Positions 29,587 to 40,627 of a stretch of 64,000 nt of DNA are shown one piece after another; position 1 is the first letter of the stretch; each line of letters opens with the position of its first letter. Both the position numbers and the translations under genes were made by a program. Source of the stretch: Sphingobacteriaceae bacterium. GTDB taxonomy: Bacteria > Bacteroidota > Bacteroidia > B-17B0 > Aurantibacillaceae. The stretch spans positions 19,705 to 83,704 of the forward strand of contig JADJXI010000004.1 of assembly GCA_016715905.1 (NCBI GenBank). Reading direction: 5' to 3'. A model generated the notes under the pieces. That model was not told the origin of the DNA and searched no databases. It was given only the letters and a program-made list of their open reading frames with translations.

Positions 29587-30735
29587 ATGAAAATTGCACT
29601 CATAACGGATGGTATTTGGCCTTATGTAATGGGAGGGATGCAAAAACATTCCTATTATCTGTGCAAATATTTAGCGAAACAAAAAATTCAGGTTACTCTT
29701 TTTCATTTTAATCAAAGCAATTTGGATATTCAAAAGCTGGATTGTTTTACTGCCGAAGAAAAAAAATACATCCACAGCATTATTGTTGATTTTCCAAATA
29801 AAGATAATTTACCCGGACATTATATTCGAAATTCAAAAAAACATGCTGCGCTTGTTTTTGACGCAATGAAAAATTCCATTTTAGAATACGATTTTATTTA
29901 TACCAAAGGATTTACCGGTTGGAAACTTATTGAATTGAAATCACAGGGTAAAATAAAATGTGCTCCCATTGGCGTTAAATTTCATGGTTATGAAATGTTT
30001 CAGAAAATGCCCGGACCAAAAGCTTATTTAGATAGCTTATTGTTATTGAGAAAACCGGTTAAGTATATTTCTCGCCATGCGGATGTTGTTTTTTCCTACG
30101 GCGCTCAAATTACAGAAATAATAAAATCAATTGGGGTGAAAGAATCTCATATAATTGAAATTCCTTCAGGTGTAGAAGAGGAAATTGTTTCCGAAAAAAT
30201 AATTCCCTCAACAAACAAAGTTAAATTCACTTATTTAGGGCGATATGAAAGAAGAAAGGGTATTGAAGAATTGAATAAAGCCATTCAAGGTTTGGATTTC
30301 ACGAATTACGAATTTCATTTTATAGGCCCTATACCTGAAAATAAGCGATTAAAATTGCCTCAGGTTTTTTATCACGGCGAAATCAGAGATAAAAATGAAT
30401 TAAAGCAGCTTTTGCTCAATTTTCATGTTTTAGTTTGTCCGAGCTGGAGTGAAGGTTTTCCAAATGTTATATTAGAAGGGATGGCTTCCGGTTTGAGTAT
30501 TTTAGCAACCGATGTGGGTGCCAATCGTTTGTTGGTGAATGATGAAACCGGATTTTTGATTAAAAAGCCGAATGTCAAAATTCTTCAAAAAGAATTAAAG
30601 GAAATTGCCGATTTAGATAATTATACTTTGGACGTGAAGCGGAACAATGCTTTACGATTAATTAAACAGAAATTCACCTGGGAAAAAATAAGCCTACAGT
30701 TGTTAAATGAAATTAAAGCATGCATAAAAAAGTAG
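29587..30735 (+). CDS. Glycosyltransferase family 4 (GT-B fold)
   Basis: C-terminal EX7E-type region SWSEGFPNVILEGMASGLSILATDVGAN and N-terminal GGMQKHSY. Length is 382 aa. Confidence 0.8.
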   Translation: MKIALITDGIWPYVMGGMQKHSYYLCKYLAKQKIQVTLFHFNQSNLDIQKLDCFTAEEKKYIHSIIVDFPNKDNLPGHYIRNSKKHAALVFDAMKNSILEYDFIYTKGFTGWKLIELKSQGKIKCAPIGVKFHGYEMFQKMPGPKAYLDSLLLLRKPVKYISRHADVVFSYGAQITEIIKSIGVKESHIIEIPSGVEEEIVSEKIIPSTNKVKFTYLGRYERRKGIEELNKAIQGLDFTNYEFHFIGPIPENKRLKLPQVFYHGEIRDKNELKQLLLNFHVLVCPSWSEGFPNVILEGMASGLSILATDVGANRLLVNDETGFLIKKPNVKILQKELKEIADLDNYTLDVKRNNALRLIKQKFTWEKISLQLLNEIKACIKK

Positions 30736-30778
30736 ATTTTCTGTTTTACTTTCTTTTTTATTTCATAAATTTAGGATT

Positions 30779-31267
30779 GTGAATCAATTAATTTTTAAAA
30801 AACTCACTCTTGTAGCGGTCTTTAGCTTGCTTTTGTTTTCATGTGCTAAAGATGTAGGAAGAAACCCGGAACTTCCTTATGATGATTTGTCGCTTTTAGA
30901 TAGTGCTAAAAAAACAAATTATTATTACTACAAAGGAAAAGATACAATTTATAGCGGTCAACATGGACCCCACGGTAAATTTAAATTACGTTTTAATTCA
31001 ACGGCTTTTGTGGCTTTAACGGATAGTGGCCGCCTTCCTAAGAATAAAAAATTTGCCGAAGGTTCTTTTATTGTGAAAGATGTGTACAGAGATGGTAATT
31101 TGTTTTTGTATGCCTATATGTATAAAAGAAACGGAAAATGGTTGTGGGGTGAAGTGGAAACGAATGGTAATTTTCATTTCAAGATTAATGACGGAGCTAC
31201 GGTTTGTTTAGGTTGTCATTCACAAGGAGGTAACCGGGATAATGCAGTTGTATTTAATTTTTATTGA
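30779..31267 (+). CDS. Lipoprotein, cytochrome P460-family-like (single CXXCH near the C-terminus)
   Basis: Lipobox LLLFSC. FAEGSFIVKDVY, GKWLWGEVE and CLGCHS follow the P460 family layout as I remember it. Confidence 0.55.
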   Translation: MNQLIFKKLTLVAVFSLLLFSCAKDVGRNPELPYDDLSLLDSAKKTNYYYYKGKDTIYSGQHGPHGKFKLRFNSTAFVALTDSGRLPKNKKFAEGSFIVKDVYRDGNLFLYAYMYKRNGKWLWGEVETNGNFHFKINDGATVCLGCHSQGGNRDNAVVFNFY

Positions 31268-31309
31268 TTCCTTAGTTCAAACAATTAAGTACCAAAATCT
31301 AAAAACACT

Positions 31310-32350
31310 TTAATCCATCCAATCTGCAATAAACAAATTGGTATCTCTTGTTCCGTGATTTTTTCGGTTTGAACTAAAAATTAATTTTTTTCCATCCGGA
31401 GAAAACATCGGGAATGCATTAAACATACTTTCAAAAGTAATTTGTTCCAATCCACTTCCATCTGTATTAATTAGGTATAACTGAAAATCATAACCTTTTT
31501 GGCTATGGTGATTACTTGAAAAAATAATTTTTTGTCCCGAAGGATGAAAATAGGGAGCCCAGTTGGCTTTTCCCAAATGGGTAATTTGTTTTAAATCACT
31601 TCCGTCCACATTACACGTGTAAATTTCCATTTTTGTTGGGGCAACTAATCCCTGGCTTAAAAGTTCTTTATACTCTTTTACTTCTTCTTCTGTGCTAGGT
31701 CGTGATGATCGAAAAACCAATTTCTTACCATCGGGTGAAAAGAAAGCGCCACCATCATAACCTAAACCATTGGTAATCTGTTTTTGATTTTTCCCGTCTA
31801 TATCCATAGTCCATAATTCCAAATCTCCGCTTCTGTCGCTTGTAAAAACAATTTTATCTCCTTGTGGCGAAATAGTTGCTTCAGCATCATACCCTTGTGT
31901 ATTGGTTAATTGTTTTTTTATTTTTCCCTTTACATCTGCCACAAAAATATCATAGCTGTTATATACAGGCCATAAATATTTCCCTTTTATTTCAGGGATG
32001 GGCGGGCAACTATCGTTTATCAAATGTGTACTGGCATATAAAATATCTTTACCATTGGGCATAATATAACTGCAAGTGGTTCTTCCTTTTCCGGTACTCA
32101 CTTTTTGTGGTTTATAATTACTATCGGCTTTTGCTTTTTCTATCTCCATTAAAAATATCTGGTCACATTGCACCCCCCAATTTTTATAATTACTTTGAAA
32201 AGAAACTTGTTTACCATTCGGACTAAAATAAGCTTCGGCATTATCGCCTCCATTAGTTAGTTTGGTTAAGTTTAATAAATGTTTTTCTTGTGAAATGCTT
32301 GTATATACGAAGGAAGACAGAAATAAGGTGAGGTATAAATATATTTTCAT
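31310..32350 (-). CDS. TolB-like / PD40 (WD40-like) beta-propeller repeat protein, secreted
   Basis: Signal peptide, plus repeated FSPDGKKLVF.SSR, ISPQGDKIVFTSDRSGDLELW and MFSPDGKKLIFSSNR units. Confidence 0.8.
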   Translation of the reverse strand: MKIYLYLTLFLSSFVYTSISQEKHLLNLTKLTNGGDNAEAYFSPNGKQVSFQSNYKNWGVQCDQIFLMEIEKAKADSNYKPQKVSTGKGRTTCSYIMPNGKDILYASTHLINDSCPPIPEIKGKYLWPVYNSYDIFVADVKGKIKKQLTNTQGYDAEATISPQGDKIVFTSDRSGDLELWTMDIDGKNQKQITNGLGYDGGAFFSPDGKKLVFRSSRPSTEEEVKEYKELLSQGLVAPTKMEIYTCNVDGSDLKQITHLGKANWAPYFHPSGQKIIFSSNHHSQKGYDFQLYLINTDGSGLEQITFESMFNAFPMFSPDGKKLIFSSNRKNHGTRDTNLFIADWMD

Positions 32351-32466
32351 TTGCGGGCAAATTTAGTATTAAAAACAGGTTTATAAAATGATTTTGATGC
32401 ATTTTGCATTAACATTTGTGTATTATTTATAGGTATATTTAGCTTCCAATTTTAGGTATTTTATAA

Positions 32467-33522
32467 ATGAAAAGTTTTAAAGGTTGGTTAATTTTTGTTC
32501 TGGTATTAGGTCTTTTAGTAGGTCTGAAATGGCTTTTTTTAGGCAATGACAATGATCTGAAAAATTCCGGACCTAAAGGGAAAGGTGTTTCCGCAATTGT
32601 AGCTAATTATCAAGTGGCTAAAACCGATAGTTTAGTGATGGATATTTTCACCACCGGTAAATTAGAAGCTTTTAACCAGGTTATCATACATAGTGAGGCG
32701 TCGGGAAAAATTACCTGGATTACCGATAAAGAGGGAAAGCTAGTTCAGAAAGGCGAACGAATTGCAAAAATAAATGATAGTGAATTGCAGGCGCAATTAA
32801 TTAAGTTAAAAGCCTTATTAAAATTGGCTGAAGAAAAGGCGCAACGAAATGATAAATTACTATTGATTAAAGGTGTGAGTCAGGAAGAATGTGATATTCA
32901 AAAAAGTGAAGTGGAAGTGATTAAAGCAGATGTACAGTTAATCAATGCTCAAATTGCAAAAACAGAAATAATTGCTCCGTTCGGTGGGGTTTTGGGTTTA
33001 AAAAATCTTTCTGAAGGTGCGGTTGTAAATACAAATGATATTATTGCTGAATTAGTGCAGGAAAGTCCAATGTATATTGAATTTTCAATTCCCGAGAAAT
33101 ATGTTACACAAATTAACGAAGGCATGAAAGTTTCTTTTAATATTGAGTCTGATAATAATTTATTATATGCTGAATTGTATGCCATTGATTCTAAAATTGA
33201 TGAAGCTACACGAAGTGTGAAGGTGAGAGCAAAGTATTCTGGTAAAAATAATTTGGTAAGTGGCGCTTTTGTTAAAATAAAACTTGATCTCAAACAAATT
33301 GAAAATGCCATAATGGTGCCTACATCTTGTATTATACCGGTATTTAAAGGTCAGAAAGTATTTATTAGTAAAAACGGACTTGCTCAAGAGGTGAAAGTAA
33401 TCACCGGGTTAAGAAAATCAGAATTCATTCAGATAGTTTCCGGAATTCATGCCGGCGATACTGTTTTAACTTCCGGATTAATGTCTATAAAAAATGGAAT
33501 GCCGGTTAAACTAGTTGAATAA
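32467..33522 (+). CDS. RND efflux periplasmic adaptor (membrane fusion protein)
   Basis: N-terminal TM, a coiled-coil hairpin (LQAQLIKLKALLKLAEEKAQRN ... VQLINAQIAKTEIIAPFGG), and barrel-sandwich and beta-barrel regions. It lies immediately upstream of the RND pump gene. Confidence 0.88.
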   Translation: MKSFKGWLIFVLVLGLLVGLKWLFLGNDNDLKNSGPKGKGVSAIVANYQVAKTDSLVMDIFTTGKLEAFNQVIIHSEASGKITWITDKEGKLVQKGERIAKINDSELQAQLIKLKALLKLAEEKAQRNDKLLLIKGVSQEECDIQKSEVEVIKADVQLINAQIAKTEIIAPFGGVLGLKNLSEGAVVNTNDIIAELVQESPMYIEFSIPEKYVTQINEGMKVSFNIESDNNLLYAELYAIDSKIDEATRSVKVRAKYSGKNNLVSGAFVKIKLDLKQIENAIMVPTSCIIPVFKGQKVFISKNGLAQEVKVITGLRKSEFIQIVSGIHAGDTVLTSGLMSIKNGMPVKLVE

Positions 33523-33525
33523 AAT

Positions 33526-36500
33526 ATGAATCTGGCAGAATTGAGCGTACGAAAACCTGTTCTATCGATTGTGATGTCGGTAGTAATCGTTTTGTTTGGC
33601 TTAATTGGCTACAAATTCCTGGGTGTTCGCGAATATCCCTCTATCGATCCTCCCACTATTAATGTTCGTACTAATTATACGGGAGCAAGTGCTGATGTTA
33701 TTCAATCCAGAATCACCGAGCCTTTGGAAAAAGTGATTAATGGTATTGAAGGTGTACGTACCATAACCGGTGCAAGTAATCAGGGTTCAAGCATCATCAC
33801 AGTTGAATTTGATTTGGGTGTAGATATGGAAACAGCGGCAAATGATGTGCGTGATAAAGTTTCACAAGCATTAAGACAGTTGCCCCAAGATTTGGATAAT
33901 CCTCCCGTGGTATCTAAATCAGATGCTAACGCCAGTGCAATAATCTCCATGACATTTCTAAGTAATAAAAAATCATTGTTGGAGCTGAGTGATTACGCCG
34001 AAAATGTAATAGTGCCTGGCTTACAAACTATTCAAGGTGTAAGTCAAGTTCAGATTTGGGGGCAAAGACGATTTACGATGCGATTAAGAATTGATCCCAA
34101 AAAACTAATTGCATATCAGGTAACTCCTTTGGATATCAAAGCTGTGTTAGAAAAAGAAAATGTGGATTTGCCTGCCGGTAAAATTGAGGGAGATAATACA
34201 GAGCTTACAGTGAATACTATTGGAAAAATTACTAGTGTTGAAGAATTTGAAAAACTGATTATTAAACAAGAGGGAACGGGCGTGGTGCGCATGGAGGATG
34301 TGGCCCGAGTAGAAGCAGGCGCCGAAAACGAAGAAACAATTTTAAAGGAGTCGGGTATACCAATGGTGGGATTAGCCCTCGTTCCTCAGCCCGGCGCCAA
34401 TTATTTAGATATTTCTAATGAATTTTATAAACGTTACGAAAAATTAAGGGCTGAACTCCCCAAAGATTTTGAATTGAATATTGCCTTGGATAATACACGC
34501 TTTATTCGCAAATCAATTACAGAGGTTAAAGAGACTTTATTCATCGCTATCATTCTGGTTATTTTAATTATCTATCTTTTTTTTCGCGATTGGATTATTG
34601 CAATACGTCCTTTAATAGACATTCCGGTTTCCTTAATTGGAGCGTTTTTTATTATGTATCTTCTCGATTATTCAATCAATGTACTTACCCTGTTGGCTAT
34701 TGTATTGGCTACAGGTTTAGTGGTGGATGATGGTATTGTAGTAACCGAAAATATTTATAAGAAAATTGAAAAAGGTTTAAAGCCAAAACAAGCAGCTATT
34801 GAAGGAACTCGTGAAATATATTTTGCTGTTATTTCTACCTCATTAACTTTAGTGGCCGTATTTATGCCGGTTATTTTTCTGGAGGGATTTGTTGGTCGTT
34901 TATTTCGTGAATTTGGCGTTGTTTTGGCCGGCTCCGTATTAATTTCTGCTTTTGTGTCTTTAACGTTAACACCTATGCTTAACGCTAAACTGGTAAGAAA
35001 AGATGTACATAAGCGAAGCAGATTCTACCTGTGGTCTGAACCATTTTTCCGTAATATGGAACTTGCTTTTAAAAATTCGGTGACTTCATTTCTCGAAAGA
35101 AAATATCAGGCAGTAATAATTTTAATAATAGCTTCTTTTTCAATTTTTTATTTTGGCTCGCAATTAAAAAGTGAATTGGCTCCGTTGGAAGACCGAAATT
35201 GGATTAGATTGAGTTATACAGGCCCGGAAGGAGCCACTTTTGAAAATACCGATCGAGTTATGGATCGAATAGCTAAATTCATTACAGATTCTATTGCCGA
35301 AAAAAATGTTTGTCTTTGTGTTACGGCTCCGGGTTTTGCAGGTTCCGGCGCTGTTAATACCGGATTTGTTCGTCTATCCTTAAGCGAAGCCGGCGATAGA
35401 AAACGATCGCAACAGCAAATTGCAGATTATATGAATAAACATTTGAATCTTTTTCCGGAAGGAAAAGTATTTGTTATTCAGGAACAATCAATCTCATCAG
35501 GTGGTGGTCCGCGGGGTTCTTTGCCTGTTCAATTTGTTATTCAAAATAATGATTTTGAAAAAATAAAAGAACACTTACCTAAGTTTTTAGAAGAGGTTTC
35601 TGCTAATCCCGTGTTTCAGGGCTTTGATGTAAACTTAAAATTTAATAAACCTGAATTAGTCATTGAAATTGATAGAGAAAAGGCTAAATCACTGCAAGTT
35701 TCAATTGCTGATATTGCACAAACTATTCAGTTAGCAATGAGCGGGCAAAGATTTAGTTACTACACCAATGGTGATAAACAATACAGTGTTGTGGGTCAGG
35801 TAGATCGGGAAGACCGTGATGACCCATCCGACTTAACAAACTTGAGTGTAAGAAATAAAAATGGTTTAATGATTTCTTTGGATAACTTAACAACCATTCG
35901 CGAGATTAGTAGTCCACCACAACTTTATCATTATAATCGTTATCAGTCGGCAACCATTTCTGCGGGATTGGCGCCCGGTAAAACGATTGGTGATGGTATA
36001 AAAGAAATGAATCTTATTGCAAAGAAAGTGCTGGATGATAGTTTTGCAACAGATTTAACCGGTTCATCGCGTGATTTCGCCGAAAGTTCTTCTAATATTT
36101 TATTTGCTTTTTTGCTGGCTTTGTTTTTAATTTATCTTCTTCTGTCAGCACAATTCGAAAGTTTTTTGCAACCCCTTGTTATCATGCTTACCGTTCCAAC
36201 TGCCTTAGCGGGTGCCGTTTTTTCTTTGTGGTATTTTAATCAAACATTAAATATTTTCAGTCAGATAGGCATGATCATGTTAATTGGTTTAGTAACCAAA
36301 AATGGAATATTAATTGTTGAATTTACAAATCAACTTCGCAAAAAAGGAATGAAAGTGCATGAGGCGGTTGTTGAAGCATCTGTTTCGCGTTTTCGTCCGA
36401 TATTAATGACCAGCTTTGCTACGGTATTAGGCGCCCTGCCAATTGCTATTGCCTGGGGCGCCGGTGCGAAAAGCAGAATGGGTATGGGTATAGTTGTAAT

Positions 36501-36597
36501 AGGTGGGGTTTTATTATCGATGATGCTAACGCTATATGTAATCCCAGCATTTTATAGTATTATTTCAAAAAATTCAAAGCATGAAGATTTGGATTAA
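33526..36597 (+). CDS. RND family efflux transporter permease (AcrB/HAE1-like)
   Basis: 1023 aa with 12-TM topology. Motifs include LSVRKPVLSIVMSVVIVLFG, ATGLVVDDGIVVTENIY and LVTKNGILIVEF. Confidence 0.95.
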   Translation: MNLAELSVRKPVLSIVMSVVIVLFGLIGYKFLGVREYPSIDPPTINVRTNYTGASADVIQSRITEPLEKVINGIEGVRTITGASNQGSSIITVEFDLGVDMETAANDVRDKVSQALRQLPQDLDNPPVVSKSDANASAIISMTFLSNKKSLLELSDYAENVIVPGLQTIQGVSQVQIWGQRRFTMRLRIDPKKLIAYQVTPLDIKAVLEKENVDLPAGKIEGDNTELTVNTIGKITSVEEFEKLIIKQEGTGVVRMEDVARVEAGAENEETILKESGIPMVGLALVPQPGANYLDISNEFYKRYEKLRAELPKDFELNIALDNTRFIRKSITEVKETLFIAIILVILIIYLFFRDWIIAIRPLIDIPVSLIGAFFIMYLLDYSINVLTLLAIVLATGLVVDDGIVVTENIYKKIEKGLKPKQAAIEGTREIYFAVISTSLTLVAVFMPVIFLEGFVGRLFREFGVVLAGSVLISAFVSLTLTPMLNAKLVRKDVHKRSRFYLWSEPFFRNMELAFKNSVTSFLERKYQAVIILIIASFSIFYFGSQLKSELAPLEDRNWIRLSYTGPEGATFENTDRVMDRIAKFITDSIAEKNVCLCVTAPGFAGSGAVNTGFVRLSLSEAGDRKRSQQQIADYMNKHLNLFPEGKVFVIQEQSISSGGGPRGSLPVQFVIQNNDFEKIKEHLPKFLEEVSANPVFQGFDVNLKFNKPELVIEIDREKAKSLQVSIADIAQTIQLAMSGQRFSYYTNGDKQYSVVGQVDREDRDDPSDLTNLSVRNKNGLMISLDNLTTIREISSPPQLYHYNRYQSATISAGLAPGKTIGDGIKEMNLIAKKVLDDSFATDLTGSSRDFAESSSNILFAFLLALFLIYLLLSAQFESFLQPLVIMLTVPTALAGAVFSLWYFNQTLNIFSQIGMIMLIGLVTKNGILIVEFTNQLRKKGMKVHEAVVEASVSRFRPILMTSFATVLGALPIAIAWGAGAKSRMGMGIVVIGGVLLSMMLTLYVIPAFYSIISKNSKHEDLD

Positions 36598-37873
36598 ATT
36601 ATTTTTAGTGTTGACTCAGTTAACTTTTGCGCAAGATGTATTAAATTATAGTGATGCATTGAAAATTGCTATTGAAAAAAACACTTCAGTACTGGTATTC
36701 AAAAATGAAAAGCAAACACAACATTTAAAAAACAATGCAGGTAATGCCGGGTTGTCGCCCACGGTGAGTTTAAATGCCAATTTAAATTTTTCGAATTTAA
36801 ATTCGTATCAGGAGTTTAGTTCAGGCACGATTCAGGATCGCACGGGAGCTAAGAGTAATAATGTGGCGGCCTCGGCAAACGTGAATTGGGTAATTTTTGA
36901 TGGATTTAAAATGTTTGCGGTGAAAAAGAAATTGAGTAGCAATGAAAATATAAGCGATTTGCAATTAAAAAAACAAATTGAAGATGTTATTGTAGAAATA
37001 ACAGCCGGATATTATGAAGTAGTACGTTTAAATAAATTATTGGCAGTTGCGAATGAAAATTTAAGTTTACTTCGGAAACGAAAAGAAATAAGTGAAGAAA
37101 AATTCAAAATAGGATCCGGTTCGGGTATTGATTTACTTACTTGTAAAACAGATGAAAATAAAGCGCTTTCGGAAGTTTATAACCTGGAATGGTTAATTGT
37201 AAAATCAAAAAGTGAATTAAATAAAGCATTGCTTAAAGATGTGAATGAAGATTTTAAAACAAGGGATACTATAGAAGTAAATTTTGAACCAAATATAGAT
37301 GAGCTAACTAAGTTGAAGAGTCAAAATACCGGACTGTTAATTTCCAAAGAATTAGAAAAACAAGCGAAATATAGTCTGGATGAATCTAGATCTTATTATA
37401 TGCCCTATGTACAATTAAATGGTTCATATAATTTTACACGAAATACAAGTCAGGCCGGATTTATTTTTCAGAACAGACAAAATGGAATTTCGGCCGGATT
37501 AAGTGCAGGGTGGACCATTTTCAATGGCAATAAAAATTCAAGAATGTATAAAGAAAAACAAATAGCCTTGTTGAATACAGCATTAAATACAACGGATTTA
37601 AATAAACAATACGAATCTATCATATACATTAACGTGCAGGCATTTCTAACTCATAAAAAAATATACAAGCTCGAGTTAGCTAACTTAAACGATTCAAGAG
37701 AATTACTAACGGTTGCCGATGAGCGATACAAAATTGGGCGGTCAGATTTAATTCAAGTGCGTGAAGCGCAAAAGAATTTTACCGAAGCTCAATCTCGTTG
37801 TATAAATTCCTTGTACAATTTAAAAATGGCAGAAGTAGAATTGTTAAGAACAAGTGGGCAATTAATAAAATAA
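36581..37873 (+). CDS. TolC-family outer membrane efflux protein
   Basis: Signal peptide and two OEP repeats (for example LNANLNFSNLN... and the coiled RYKIGRSDLIQVREAQKNFTEAQSR). It overlaps the RND gene by 17 nt. Confidence 0.85.
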   Translation: MKIWIKLFLVLTQLTFAQDVLNYSDALKIAIEKNTSVLVFKNEKQTQHLKNNAGNAGLSPTVSLNANLNFSNLNSYQEFSSGTIQDRTGAKSNNVAASANVNWVIFDGFKMFAVKKKLSSNENISDLQLKKQIEDVIVEITAGYYEVVRLNKLLAVANENLSLLRKRKEISEEKFKIGSGSGIDLLTCKTDENKALSEVYNLEWLIVKSKSELNKALLKDVNEDFKTRDTIEVNFEPNIDELTKLKSQNTGLLISKELEKQAKYSLDESRSYYMPYVQLNGSYNFTRNTSQAGFIFQNRQNGISAGLSAGWTIFNGNKNSRMYKEKQIALLNTALNTTDLNKQYESIIYINVQAFLTHKKIYKLELANLNDSRELLTVADERYKIGRSDLIQVREAQKNFTEAQSRCINSLYNLKMAEVELLRTSGQLIK

Positions 37874-37886
37874 TTGGGAATTAAAT

Positions 37887-38591
37887 TTAATTGAAACGCA
37901 TTTGCAGTACACCCCAAAAGGCTTCTTTAAAAATCTTGGTACTCATTTTGCTTACGCCTTCAACGCGGTCAACAAAGGTAATGGGCACTTCAACAATTTT
38001 AAATCCTTTTTTGTAAGCTGAATATTTCATCTCAATCTGAAACGCATAACCCATAAACCGGATTTTATCCAAATCAATTGTTTCTAAAACTTTCCGTTTA
38101 TAACATTTAAATCCGGCCGTGGTGTCTTTTACATTAAACCATAAAACCAACCGCACGTATAAAGAAGCAAAATAGGAAAGTAAAATTCTTTTCATGTCCC
38201 AATTGCTAACATTTCCACCTTTCACATATCTTGAACCTACCGCCACATCGGCACCCTTTTCACAGGCTTCTAATAAGCGGGGTAAATCATCGGGATTATG
38301 GCTGAAATCACAATCCATTTCGAAAATATATTCAAAATTTTTCTGAAGAGCCCATTTAAATCCGTGAATATATGCAGTACCTAATCCTAGTTTCCCCTTT
38401 CTTTCTTCAAGAAATAATCGATTAGCGAAGGTTAATTGCAGTTCTTTAACTTTGTCGGCTGTACCATCCGGTGAACCATCATCTACAATTAAAACTGAAA
38501 ATTCGGGGGTAACGGACATCACCTTTCGAATCATTTTTTCAATGTTTTCAATTTCGTTGTAAGTGGGTATGATAACCAAATTTTTGCTCAC
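37887..38591 (-). CDS. Polyprenol-phosphate mannosyltransferase (DPM1-like, GT2)
   Basis: IIPTYNEIENI, VDDGSPDGT and DCDFSHNP (DxD). It has the 234-aa size typical of Bacteroidota dolichyl-phosphate mannose synthase homologs. Confidence 0.85.
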   Translation of the reverse strand: MSKNLVIIPTYNEIENIEKMIRKVMSVTPEFSVLIVDDGSPDGTADKVKELQLTFANRLFLEERKGKLGLGTAYIHGFKWALQKNFEYIFEMDCDFSHNPDDLPRLLEACEKGADVAVGSRYVKGGNVSNWDMKRILLSYFASLYVRLVLWFNVKDTTAGFKCYKRKVLETIDLDKIRFMGYAFQIEMKYSAYKKGFKIVEVPITFVDRVEGVSKMSTKIFKEAFWGVLQMRFN

Positions 38592-38741
38592 AAGTAGCGA
38601 ATATACACATAATGAAAAGAAAAAAAAGTATGGATTGCACAGTTTTTATGAGTGTTTAATGAAAATTAAGAAATCGAACTAGCTTTATAGCTTTCATTTA
38701 GGAAGGGCAGGAATAAAGTATTATTTCCTTATTTTTATATC

Positions 38742-39167
38742 GTGGTGAGTAAATTTAATATTCGGGTTTATGGAATTCTGGAAATGGATAATAAAATCTT
38801 GTTGACGGAAGAGAAAATCAGGGGCAGACAGATTATTAAATTCCCCGGAGGTGGATTAGAGTTGGGCGAAAGTTTAGTAGATTGTTTGAAAAGAGAATTT
38901 CAGGAAGAATTAAAGGTGGATATTATTGTGAAAAATCACTTTTATACCACCGATTTTTTTGTTCAATCTGCATTTGATGATTCGCAGGTCATAAGTATAT
39001 ATTTTTGGGTAGATTTAATGGATGAGCAAGCTTTAAATGAATTACCTCAAACTGAAAATTTATATTTTAAATGGGAAGAAAAAGATAAAATTAATGCAGA
39101 TCTGTTATCCTTGATTATAGATAAAAAGGTAGCGGATTTATTACATCTCCATTATAAACATAATTAA
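38742..39167 (+). CDS. NUDIX hydrolase
   Basis: Nudix box FPGGGLELGESLVDCLKREFQEELK. GTG start. Confidence 0.85.
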   Translation: MVSKFNIRVYGILEMDNKILLTEEKIRGRQIIKFPGGGLELGESLVDCLKREFQEELKVDIIVKNHFYTTDFFVQSAFDDSQVISIYFWVDLMDEQALNELPQTENLYFKWEEKDKINADLLSLIIDKKVADLLHLHYKHN

Positions 39168-39214
39168 TACTGAAAAATAATTCCAAATACTTTTTTCAAA
39201 TACTAGGCCCTCTG

Positions 39215-40627
39215 TTGGCTTTTCTTTTTATCTTTTTTATAGAACTGGACCCCGAACATCCCATGGTGAGTTACATGGCCGGTGTTGCCATTTGGATGTG
39301 TATATGGTGGTTTTCAGAGGCTGTTAATTTGGCCGTTACCGCTTTGGTTCCTGTACTAATGTTACCCGCATTGGGTATTGCCGGTGCTAAACAAGTATCG
39401 CAGCAATATACCGATAGTATCATCTTTTTATTTATTGGTGGATTTATGCTGGCCTTCGCCATTGAAAAATGGAATTTTCATAAAAGGATTGCAATTAAAA
39501 TATTATCCATTGTGGGTACCAGTCCGGGAACCATTTTGTTTGGGGTGATGCTTTCAACTTTTTTAATTAGTAATTGGATAAGTAATACGGCTACTACCAT
39601 GATGTTATTTGGTGCAGTTTTCGCGCTCATTGAAGAGACCAAAGCCTATATTCATCACCATGCTAAAAAGTTTGCTGCTGCATTATTATTAGGGCTAGCT
39701 TTTTCAGCCACAATTGGCGGAATGGCCACACCAGTGGGTACACCACCCAATATGTATTTTTTTAAAGCATTCCGTGAAGCTTTTCCGGGTGATGGAAATT
39801 TAAATTTCATTAAATGGAGTTTGATAGGTTATCCAATAGCATTTAGTTTTTTATTGATTACATATGCGGTATTAAATAGTTACTTTCTGCGCAAAAAAGT
39901 AAAAATTGAAATTGCAAAAGATTACTTTACGAATAGTTATAAAAAGTTAGGTAAATTCTCTTATGAAGAAAAGTGGGTGTTTGGCATATTTATTTTTTGT
40001 GTGGTAGCTTGGTTTACACGCGCTGATATAGATTTTGTATCTTTCAAATTCAGGGGGTGGAATAATATATTTGATAAACCAAAATTCATAGATGATGCAT
40101 TTGTGGCATTAATTGCGGCATTAGCCTTATTTTTAATCCCATCTAAACAAAAGCGAGGCGAAGCTCTATTGATTTGGGATGATGCTAAAAAGTTGCGCTA
40201 CGATATTATTTTAATGTTTGGTTCGGGATTTGCGTTGGCCTATGGATTTGAAGTTTCAGGCCTCAGTCATTGGCTGGCTGATAGCTTAAAGGTTTTGAAA
40301 GGAGTATCTCCGGTGCTCATTATCTTAGGAATTTGTATAATTGTTACCATAATAAGTGAATTTGCATCTAATATTGCTAGTATACAATTGGCCATACCGG
40401 TAATGCTGGCCCTGCAAAAAGATTTAGAGTTGCCGGCTTTGTTTTTAATGATGCCTGCCACCTTTGCCGCTTCATTAGGATTTATGTTACCTGTAGCAAC
40501 GGCGGCAAATACCATTGTGTTTGGTACTCGGCAAATAGAAATTAAGGACATGTTTAAAGTTGGATTAATTTTAGATATTATCGGAATTTTAATTATTACC
40601 TTTATGTGCTACATCTATTTGGCTTAA
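39215..40627 (+). CDS. DASS/SLC13 family anion:sodium symporter
   Basis: [37 protein letters not shown] and GTPPNMYF. The frame is open from 39164 (LILKNNSKYFFQILGPL...) but the first canonical start is the TTG at 39215, so the N-terminus is uncertain. Confidence 0.85.
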   Translation: MAFLFIFFIELDPEHPMVSYMAGVAIWMCIWWFSEAVNLAVTALVPVLMLPALGIAGAKQVSQQYTDSIIFLFIGGFMLAFAIEKWNFHKRIAIKILSIVGTSPGTILFGVMLSTFLISNWISNTATTMMLFGAVFALIEETKAYIHHHAKKFAAALLLGLAFSATIGGMATPVGTPPNMYFFKAFREAFPGDGNLNFIKWSLIGYPIAFSFLLITYAVLNSYFLRKKVKIEIAKDYFTNSYKKLGKFSYEEKWVFGIFIFCVVAWFTRADIDFVSFKFRGWNNIFDKPKFIDDAFVALIAALALFLIPSKQKRGEALLIWDDAKKLRYDIILMFGSGFALAYGFEVSGLSHWLADSLKVLKGVSPVLIILGICIIVTIISEFASNIASIQLAIPVMLALQKDLELPALFLMMPATFAASLGFMLPVATAANTIVFGTRQIEIKDMFKVGLILDIIGILIITFMCYIYLA

